The notes beneath the pieces are model-generated. The model saw only the letters and a list, made by a program, of their open reading frames with translations, was not told the origin of the DNA and ran no database searches. 64,000 bases of DNA from Tubiluchus corallicola (lineage: Eukaryota > Animalia > Priapulida): assembly GCA_030141605.1 (NCBI GenBank), contig JAQGDQ010000079.1:642159-706158 (forward strand), in the 5' to 3' direction. The translations under genes and the position numbers were made by a program. Below are positions 53,690-64,000 of this stretch, one piece after another. Position 1 is the stretch's first letter; each line of letters opens with the position of its first letter.

Positions 53690-56279
53690 CATGACCATGA
53701 CAAGTCTCACTATCTTATTTTCAGGCTATGGAAAGAAACAAATAGATGCTGAATAAAAATGACCAACCAAATAAACACTTCAGGCCTTGCTGTGCGATAT
53801 TGATTCTATGCATTTAATTTGTCCCACATGGCAACAACTAAAATTTAAACACATACAACTTTAAGTTTTAAACGTTAGTTATTATTTATGATTTTTAAAT
53901 TGTAAAATGTTACGCGCAAGCCATTTCCGCCTGAAAAGACTGCTTATTTTAATTCATTTCGGCAAATTGTCAAATGTTAGGACATTTCTTGGCCGAACAA
54001 GCTAACAAGAAAATCAAAGTTATAGGTTATCAATTGTTCAACTTCTGATTTTTGTATATGTAAAAGTTTCGACTTATTCTATGTAGACATAATGTAGCAC
54101 TTTTTTCTGCTGTGGTGGTCGCAGTACCAGAATGTCGGTGACTGTATCACCAATCCGCCGCCACCTCGCAGGCAAAAGATCGTCTGAAATCATTTTTAAC
54201 ATTGTACACGACTGTTTATTAAACACAGTCGCCGACGCTTTGCTAGCTGCCTCGGAATATTAAACAAAAATTATTTTCCCGGGGGCAAAAAAATTCAGAA
54301 AAAATACACGAATCGCCGGCCAAGTTACAAGCTGTTCTCCAAAAAATGGCATGCCTGCACATCATTACAGTTCGTTTTATATCTGTATTACGACCGGGAC
54401 AAGATTTTAGTAAAACAGTTTAACTATTTACGATTGGTTGCATATGAGGCATAAGTGATAGAGACTTTAACATGCTTTAATTCAGTGTTTTCGTCTTTCA
54501 TATAGGTTTTTGTGCGTAAAGATGTCGGATCCTCACCGGTTCCTTTTGACTTGATCAATAACGTAAGTTCAGTTATATATAATTATTACTATGGGTATTG
54601 CATTACAATTTACAGTTGTTCTGAGGTTACAGGGGCTTTAAACGAATCCAGTTAAAAAAGTCACAGGAGAAGAGAGTACAAGAAAAAAGAAATAACCCTA
54701 AGCCTAGTCACAATTAATTGTGACTTTTGTCCTAGGCAAAATTGTGACCTTTCATACGTGACTTTATTATTGGTCAAATTAATTAATTTGGACAAATAAA
54801 ATAAACTATTTGGACTATGTTTCATTTTGATTCAATCATGGAGGACATGCAGATTTAGCAACACAGGTTATTTAGTTATACCCTGTTTTGAGGGGAGGGG
54901 TTAGGGGTGGGTGAATTGAAATCCTTTTTGCAAAATTCAAGAGGCTTCTAATGTCTAAAAAATCGTGGATCAAATAAAAGGTAAGTTATCTGTTTTGAGT
55001 AAGATTCTATTTTTGCTACCTCGAACCCAACTTGACCAACAACAACTGCAGACAACATGAAAGTTAAAAGTTACGAAAATATTGGGTGGTTTTCATAGTA
55101 TGTGATATCCGCATGCGAAGACGGTAACTGCGGCGATTCTTGTAACTACGACAGATGCGATTAATACCGTACGGTGATACATTACGACAGCCAGTACGAC
55201 GACTACGACAATTAATATCTTTGTGTATTTCTTTGTGAACCCTTTTCACGTTACTTAAAATGAGAAACTAAACCTAAACAGGCAAGCTGACATATAATAT
55301 CATTGTCCTCTTTCTTTGTCTAGTGTGCAAAGTTCTTTAATACTATAGGTAATATTATTTTGCTATAAATATCGCATATATGTTATACTTTAAATATATA
55401 TTTGGTAAGAGGTGGGAACATATAAGGAGAAATCTTTCTTCTTCTCGTTTTCATCAATTTCTAGTCCGTAGAACTTTAATATGAGCGTTTGTTGTGCTTG
55501 ATGACTTTATAATGATTTTACATTTGATTAGTTATAAATATTTCAATTGTATTGAATGAATAAATAAATTGATGGATTGATTAACTGAAGCTATTTAGGA
55601 CTGGTATTAATTCAGGTAAAACGACCAACATCAATGTTCTTCGTTTTATCTTAATCTGGAAGCCAAGTTTTTCCTTGAAGATTTTTCTTTACAAATTATT
55701 ACAATGGACAATGAAAACTTTCTGGTTCGTACAGTTTGTTATGTGATGAAGAATTTTGCCAGATTAACCGCATTTGCCGCAGATAATGAATAAATTTCAG
55801 CATTCTTGCGGTTCGAACCAGTTAGCGTTGCCGCATGCTGATCAGTGTATCTGTAAGCATAGCTTTCCTAAAAACATAGGTGCACGGGTACACTTTTGAG
55901 AACAGGTCAACCCGCGATCACTAATCGATCACAATACGATAAATAGCTCGCTTTAATATCTCTGAAACGCTCTCACTCCTGGTGTCACACACAAGTCTGG
56001 GTGACGGGATCCAAATTACGCAACACTTGTCGCAACTCCTTTGTCTTATCGCCGTTACAGATTTTGTTGTTTTGAATATTTTACGGAGTAAACAGCCTAA
56101 AGGCTTCAGTGAAGAAAGCTTCGGTGCTTTCGTGTTCAAATTATTAATCAGCCATTTTGGGGAAATTTATTTCTGTCATGAAACCTATGGAGTAGAAATG
56201 TAAATTTGGCACAAAACTGTATGGCACAAAATAAAATGAGACGGTCATTGAGGGTACTTCCCATGCAGTGGTCTACCCT

Positions 56280-56680
56280 TAGAAGTGTCCAAATCTTGTG
56301 CAAAATGACGTGTGTGTCCAAATGCGTATAAACAGGTAGTGCTCAAATATCGTATGTGGCTAAAATAGCTGTAGTGTCCAAAAGGCCTATGTGCCTAAAC
56401 GACGTATGTGTCCAAATCACCTTGTATCCAAATTAGCTATGCGTCCAAATATCTTATGTGTCTTTGTTACCTATATGTGTTCAAATAGCCTGTGTCCAAA
56501 TTACTTATATGTCTAAGTGTCTTGTGTCCAAGTTGGCCATGTTTCTAAAAAAACCTGTGTTCAAGTTGCTTATGTACCCAAATCACCTAGGTGTCCAAAA
56601 TACCTGTGTCTCATATCCCGTGTCTTCTGTCCAAACGTCCTTTCTTCAAATGTCTGTGTCGAAATGTAGTCACGCCGCAG
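56280..56680. repeat. Degenerate ~16-18-bp minisatellite with GTGTCCAAA core, likely the internal repeat array of a non-autonomous DNA transposon
   Basis: About 20 diverged copies of (T)GTGTCCAAAT in tandem. Confidence 0.75.
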
Positions 56681-57728
56681 ACGTGCGAATAGTCTATAAT
56701 ACGAAGGCAAAACGTAATTAGGTTTAACTGTAGCTGTTACAAAAATGACTAAAGCTTTTAATCTTCAGAAAAAATGTATTGCCGTGGTAGGGTCTGTTTA
56801 TCATTGAAACTCATCTGATTTGACGTAGATAGTAAAAGTCATCATAGTTAAGCTAATAGTAATAAATAATTGACTTTACGGCAATTATCACAAAATTTTT
56901 ATTTTGCTTTTTAATGTAACTGTGCATTTGGATTGCAGTTTGATGGAGTATGGGTTAAAAGCAGATGAATCAGTTCTAAAGCATGCTATTTACCATAGTT
57001 AAATTTGTTTGTTTAGCACAGTATTTTTTGTGTACACTTGTGTACATGGAGTACAGTTTAATTTGAACTTTTATCTAGTAACGAGACATCTGCATGTGAG
57101 GAAATTGGCGCAAAGTATTAAAAAAATTAGCTAACGCTGCAATTATTTGTTTTCCTGCCAAATTAGTAATGTAAGTAGCAATGGAGACTACTTGTAAGTT
57201 AAAAGTAAAGTGTAACTTGGCGATTTAAGGATCAAAAGCAACGTATAGCGACCGGAGCGCCGCCGCTGCGCAATTTTTGCCTTTCTCTGCGTCTTTCTCG
57301 GCCCATCCACCATCCTCACATTCGGTAAGGGTTTTTGATGATTGTTTACCACACAGGCCTGCTTTGTCGTTGAAACAGTAATTATGATTCAAATGCTGTC
57401 ACTATGGTATGTTTACCCAGCCAAGCTTTTGCCAGTTTTATCTGTCACTCATTTCAACGTTTGCAAACCTGTCACTCAAAGAGGCTTATCCTTCTCTTGA
57501 GTCCCGTCCGTCTGGCTGTTCCAACTGTTGTTAGTCACCAATAATAACAAACTTTTTCGTATCCGTGGTGGTATTATTATATAAAACTGTGAAAAATGCA
57601 TTTCTTCCCAATGACAAAGTTTACAAAATCTTTTGAGTTCGTTAATTTGAATTCTATCCAAGCGAGTCTTAATATCTTATTGTTGTTGTAACGAGTTAAG
57701 TTACACGCTTCGACGTTCATAACTAAAT

Positions 57729-57962
57729 TTGCTTTTTTCTTTTACTCTCCTTTTTTTTTCGTTTTTGTCATGCTCTTCTTTTTTAATTCTTATGTTACTA
57801 CAAAAATATCTTCGTTTCTTCTTGTTCTTTTTTCCTTTTTCTGTATTGCCTCCTATCTTTTGTTTTTCTTTCTTCTTATTTGTCTTCAATTTCCTGTCTC
57901 TTTTTTCTTGTAGGTCTTTTTCTTACTTTTTGTTTCTTTTACTATTTTATTTGCTTTTCCTT
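57729..57962. repeat. Polypyrimidine (T-rich) low-complexity tract
   Basis: Directly visible. Confidence 0.85.
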
Positions 57963-59529
57963 AATCGCCGTTAAAACGTCGACAAATTTAAGTACATGTT
58001 AAGAAGTGAATTCAAATTTTATTTTACTAATGATGGCTTGTCTGAACGATAGTGTTATAATTATTTTATGTGAACCTTCCTAAACTTACGAAGCATGCCC
58101 AGCAATAGTCAAGTGGTTTTTTACTTATGATGGTTTTCAAGGGTGCCATCAATTTATTGTAACGGCAATTGACTTGACAGCGGGTAGAACAACCAAGGGT
58201 GGCATCCCTCAATTTTCGACATGAATACTGGAATACTTTTATCCTTGGAGTGACATGGACAACTCGTTCTCGCCCAAATGTCAGATTATTGTTCGACTTT
58301 AAAAAAATCAGCAACAGCAGCATAGCTGAATCATCGTTATCGTCGTAAAATTTTACATGCAGCATCATCCAAGCAGGTGTGTGGGATACTTTTCTATAGG
58401 GATTCCGTGAAAATGTCTGAAAGGGCCAACCACTTACAGCTCACAAGTATGACAGACAAATAACAGCGGGTGTGAAATCTTCCTTAGATCTTAATCACGT
58501 TTTTTGTACGGTCTTGCGATAATTCTTTCTATTATTCGAGGCGAGTTACCAAACTGGCAGGTAGTTTATTGATAAACCTCACATCATGAAAAGTAACCAA
58601 GTATTTAAAGCGTAATTGCAGTATCTATATAAAGTCATAATAACACAGTACGTAGGTGATTGTTATCGTCAGCCCATTAATAATTCTATTTACTTTTTTT
58701 AGCTCATTACTTACATTAAATAAGCATGTAATATAGGAGACTGCACAGGGCGAGTCAAATAGACCCTTCTTGAAAAATTCACTAATCGTCACGACAGTGC
58801 AGGACTCAGTTACCTTACTGCTTTAAAAAGTTACATACATAGCTTTTTTTAGTTGTGTTTGAAAACAATCTTTTCAGAAGTTCTTACTAAAGTAGCCATA
58901 TTAGCATTCATTGTCTTAAATTTGACTCATTGATGTAAACCATCGCTAAACGTACCGCAGATTTGTTACCGTTTTCAGATAAAACGAATGAAATCGTGTG
59001 ATCTTTATAAAATGAACCGCGCGACTTACGAAAATCAACATAAAATTACGTCAATAGAAATTACATGTTACGTTAACTTAAGAATGCAAGCGAAAATTTA
59101 ATGCTATAATTACTATGACGATAACACAAGTGGTTCTTCCAAACTTCAATATTTTCAAATTTGAAATTTTTGCATTTAGATTTGCCTTTTCGTTTTACTG
59201 CAAAAAGACTGTTCAGTGCTCATCATAGCTGGGCGGTTAATAATTGTTTTGTCTATAATTTCGCCGGATTATTATACAAACCGTTTTGCAAAAACAAATA
59301 ATTCATGACTAACATCGCCGTTGGTTTTGATCTTCACAAAAACCAGAGACCTCAGACTGAACTGTATAGTTGCTGTACATTGAAAATGCACCATGTTGAA
59401 AGGTTAATACTGTTTTTTTGCAAGCCTGAAGATTATTTTTGCTCAATGCTGTCTTGAAGTTATTGGTGTAGTTATTGCTGTTTCGTGAGGCAACGATGTG
59501 ACAGACCGGGTTTAATCTTGGTGAGACTG

Positions 59530-59600
59530 AGGTCATAGGCTAAATCGAACCCAGGGACTCGCATGGAAGGCAGAATGTAGTATGTAATACAATATATCGC
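59530..59600 (-). mobile_element. Degenerate tRNA-Gly(TCC)-like sequence, probable SINE head or tRNA pseudogene
   Basis: The minus strand reads CTGCCTTCCATGCGAGTCCCTGGGTTCGATT, similar to the anticodon arm and B-box of eukaryotic tRNA-Gly(TCC). The D-arm and acceptor stem are decayed. Confidence 0.5.
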
Positions 59601-60559
59601 AAAACTGATAACCAAGACAAGTTCTAATTTGCAGTCACATAGTAAATATAGAAATGTTGCGTTGTTATACTTTAATAGTTAGCTTATCTATTAATAAATT
59701 ATGTCATATATCAATTTAACTATTTATACAAAAATGGTTAAGTTTCAAAAACAAAAATAAAAACAAAAAAGAGTTGAAAGTTTGCGCCCTTTATAGGTTG
59801 CGACTTGTGAGGCTCTAAATACGAACTTATTTAACTTATGAGTAAATCTTACACTGGTCATGCACATAAATACTGAAATGAGATAAAATTTTAGTACTTT
59901 AATGAATGTATCTGGTAGTTTCCATTTAGTGTACGACGTGAAAAGCAATTTTGCCATGTAAATTTTGCGTTCTCTATAGGGCACGACGCATAACAAATAT
60001 TGAAACGGTGTGGGGGAGGTTGAATCCTATACTACTTCTTATATTTCATTTCCTGTATTTTTGTCGTCTCTATGGCAAAAGCACTTTCGAATAACCACAT
60101 TTTGGCATTTCGCAAAACCTCATCCACTCTCTAGTTGACTATCTCTAACGGTATAATGGCAAACCAGCACTGCCTGAACATCGGGGTTAAAATAATATTA
60201 TAACATCAACACAATTATCAGACAAAGAATAGAGACAAGATACCTGACGTATACAGACGACCGCAGAAAATTTCATCGTATTTTAGGGCAGCTTTTCAGT
60301 CTTCACTGAATTGCTTTTGAGCCTCTTTCTAGTTTCTGGGCACTAAAAAAAGTCTCCCTTAAAATGTTATTTCTTGAACAATTTCATAATCTGGATTACT
60401 TTGACAATTCTAGAATTGTATCGCAATAAAATATTATAAAAAGTGGAACAAAAAATGTTAGAGTTTAAAATATATTCAAATAAATTGTGCATGCACAAAA
60501 GTTTATAATTATATAATACTTTCTATATATAAACTTGTGTAAAAGAATTAGTACACACA

Positions 60560-61100
60560 TATTGCTTAACCATATTTGGGAAAGTCAGGGTATGTTCTCT
60601 CATAAACGCTTTCTCAAAAAATTGGATGAAAGTATAAAAAGTAATTATGTACAATTACGGAAAAATGAAATCTACGACGATAATAAAATTGATGGTCAAA
60701 ATTAATAACGAAAATATAGAAGTTTTAAAATGCACCACCAATTAGAGAACTGTTTGCTTTTTGATCTCAATGAATACGCCGTAACTAAATACACCAATCT
60801 TAGAATTAGGTCCCATTCGTCCTACATTGAAAATGGGAGATATCATAAACCAAGAAAAATTCCTGTATATAATCGCATCTTTACATTTTGCAATACAAAT
60901 GAAATTGAAGCTGAACTATACACTTCGTGACTAGATGTTCTTTTTACACTGACTTGAGAGTTATATTTTATAATAAAGTAAATGCAATGGGTACTAGAAT
61001 TTGATAATGATGAATTTGATATTAATGATAATGATAAATTTGTTTTCACATGAGTAATAATGGCATAGAGTTTGTAAATTCTGTCCAAAAGGCATTCCAA
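60560..61100 (+). mobile_element. Degenerate LINE ORF2 C-terminal fragment (RTE-X-like)
   Basis: RKYRSFK...LRIRSHSSYIENGRY..P...R..TFCNTNEIEAE, then after a frameshift HFVTRCSFYTDLR, matches the LR.S.H.L.IE.GR...C...IEDE.HF...C..Y..LR tail of non-LTR elements. Contains stops and frameshifts. Confidence 0.7.
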
Positions 61101-64000
61101 TAGGTTTCGACTTGAATAAAATTATAATAGAAAATAATGTTACCCTGAAAGATGTACGCAGAAATTTTCATGTGTTATCTCGTAAGATTATGAAAGGAAC
61201 CGATTTAACTTTCTGGTAGCTAGCGACAATTAACTTAGCAAAAGATTGCATAAGCTGTATAGAAAATAGGAATTTTAATTTGTTATCAAAGTATCAGTTG
61301 AGAAAAACGTTAGAGTATGTGGTGTCTTTTTAATTAATTGCTTTGTTTTCTTGTGTAAACAATACCCGTGGCTTTTTGTAGTTGTCAGTGTTTAATTTCA
61401 TTTTACTTTTGCTACTAGTCTACTAATTTCTTTTAATTGAACCACTTATGTAACTTGACTGTACAAGTGTGTTAGAGAGTCTTTGTTTTTAATTACTAAT
61501 GTTCTGCTACCGTGCAAGAATAATAACTAATAACTGTATTACAATTGTTGTCGTAAAACTTTTTTTTCAATATTTTGCTGCTTGTATGTATGTAGCTTTT
61601 GTGTAGAATATTTTCGTTGTTGAAGTCGTAACCGTTTTGTAAAATATTGTATATGTACGCATTCTGCTGTACTAATAAAACAAGAAATATGCGCGACGTA
61701 TAATAAATTATAATTTAATCAATATAAAAGAGTACTTTTCTGTAAAAGTTAAAACATACAATAACCACTTCTGTGGAACGGTTTAACAAGATGGTCAAGG
61801 TTTGACAATGTACGGCAACTTTTGATCTCGTGCACAACACTGATCACTTGAGCCCCATTCTTGGAATGGGTTCAGTCACGTAATAACAAAGTGTATTTAA
61901 CTCTTAGAATGATTTTTACGAGTTTCTGCCAACCACAGGTCTTGTAAGTTATTTCAACCGGTAGTAGTTGTTTTAATATGAACTTGTGTTGCTTTAAGCT
62001 GATAGAGTATCTGACTGAGTGAGAAATAGTTTTTAGACTTATGTATATGCAATATAATTAAGTGTATCATCATAAAGCTTCGGTTTCTAAATCCAGTTTC
62101 TGGCCCAAACATTATTGATTATATCATAGTATTATAACAGATACTGCTGAAATAAAAAACTGTTTCAAATAATTTTATAATTAGCAGCAAACATCCCAGT
62201 AAAACCATCACTTACTTTAATTATGCTATTTATTATGTTATAATGAGAACAATAACAAAAAATATAAAGGATGAAAATAATACCTTGCGTGACTATGACT
62301 GTGTCGCTAACAAACTGTCTAGTTCTGTCGAGCCTGTTGTGCGTTATCTTACATGCAAGATGCTATGCTATATTCACGTTTACACGTTGAATAATTTAAA
62401 ATATGGGCGTATATATACCTTGTGTGTCCTAATCATATTTTAGTTAGCTGATTAAGGAATACAATGCTAAGGTTATGTAAATTTTAATTTGCATAAATAA
62501 TGAAAAGTTACCTGTCGCAGTCTTGAACTCATACCATTGTACAGATGCAAAATAGATGCATGTGAACTGAGTACTTCCATTTCAAACAGCCAAAGAGAGA
62601 AAAACACAGGTGCGCCGATTACAATAGAAATTTAAATTCACTGATTGATGAACGACCTTCCTGTCAGATAATGTAAATATTTAAAATTGAAATGTCTAAA
62701 CGTTTGTTCATAAAAGTGTAATTAAATGGGTTCCTGTGATTCCTGTCAATTTCTATCCCACTGAGAAATACTCACTTTTCTTGCCTTTCTCCGCAAGCAT
62801 TTTATGCATGCGACGCACAATACGAGATGACGACTGCCTATTACGCTCTAAATGGAACCTTAATGTTGTGGTTACAGAAGTACTTATATTATAGTTGTTA
62901 GTTTGTAAAATCATTATTTAATAACAAATATTTTCAATATTTGAATTAAATCAGTTGTCCATAACACTATATGTTATTATCTTATAACGAACTAATATGG
63001 ACATGTCTTGAATTGGCAGAAACCAAGAACGAGGATGAACCTATCAGCATTATTTTTAAGCGGCATATACATAAACCTATAATGGTCAAATCTAGTGATG
63101 AAATAGATCCTATACTGTACTTTCCTTCTTGAACCACGGTATAATTTAAGCAGTTCTAATAGAATAAAAATGAGCTTATCTGCCTTAGAAAATCAGCTCT
63201 TCAAGTACACCCTGGACCTCTGCGGTCATGTCAAATGCCAGTTTGTTAGAAAACTCTTTCAAAATGCTCACTTAGGCCTACATCCTGAAGCTGGATTGAA
63301 AAAAGTGACAGGTTGATTTACTATAGGAGCCTATTAAAATGTCGCTGTGCGATTTAATGAATTTAAAACGAATTGAAATTTCGTCGGTCAAAATCCGTTG
63401 TGTCCAACTGATTGTCCATTCATTACAAAAAACACATCCATCATTCTGCAGACAAAAAATAAAGGAAAGTCAAGGATGACTTCCCGACGAAGCGGCGCAT
63501 GTAGGAGCAAAAGTGATGGCAATAGAAGACGTGGCGATATTTGATTGATTTAAATAATTGTTTTATGAACTCCACTTATAATTTCTTTATAAATTAGAAT
63601 GACCTAGCTTATATAAACTCTGAATGACCACAGCTGCTGTCCACTGTAGTAAAACTCAGACATGCCTATACGCACCGCGACGAATGCCTGATTTTTTTCA
63701 CACCCCAAGGGGGTAGGAGCCAAACTTTTTTCTAAATAAGACAGGTGGGTGACGGGAGAGTTTTTATTCATTTGCTAATACCCTGGTTCTTTGTTGGAAG
63801 ATCGTCCTTATCCGCCTAACGGTGTGAACAATTGACCTCGACCAAATTTTCATTAAGTTGCCCTATCATTTTTAGCTAATTATAGGTAGTCGTGGCGGCG
63901 CCCGGTTAGACTGCCATGATCAATGAGATATAGAAAGCCCCAGGACGAACAAGAGCCGCAAGTAATGCTACAGGTTCTTTAGTGGATTTTCAGAATTGTA

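Noticed and set aside
54892-54911. G-run motif containing TTAGGG (G-quadruplex or telomere-like)
   Set aside because: A single short instance, not an interstitial telomeric array.
56280-56680. CRISPR-like repeat-spacer array
   Set aside because: Units are too short and degenerate, the context is eukaryotic, and there are no cas genes.
57225-57400. GC-rich patch with a ~55-codon open frame on the minus strand
   Set aside because: No recognisable homology and only weak splice support.

Overview
AT-rich, intron-rich eukaryotic DNA, almost certainly from an invertebrate animal; no prokaryotic features. The first ~32 kb holds three spliced genes that I could reconstruct exon by exon with GT-AG boundaries and consistent phases. 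These are an isopentenyl phosphate kinase (IPK)-like amino-acid-kinase family gene (+, 6 exons, 295 aa), a class I fructose-bisphosphate aldolase (-, 8 coding exons, 359 aa) and Max-like protein X (MLX; -, 6 core exons, ~253 aa). MLX has an apparent +1 frameshift in its last exon. Mobile DNA includes a CR1/Jockey-type LINE at the left edge, a young 5'-truncated RTE LINE with target-site duplication inside an aldolase intron, pogo/Tc1-type MITEs, degenerate LINE tails, a tRNA-derived SINE-like head and two fold-back elements whose arms carry hammerhead-ribozyme-like cores. Bases 33-64 kb contain no recognisable host gene. Most interesting: an intact animal IPK, a partial exon duplication inside it that stays in frame two ways, a possible in-frame aldolase-RT splice fusion, the MLX frameshift, a frame-compensating microexon pair in MLX, and the hammerhead fold-backs. 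All calls are by eye; no alignment, folding or database search was run.
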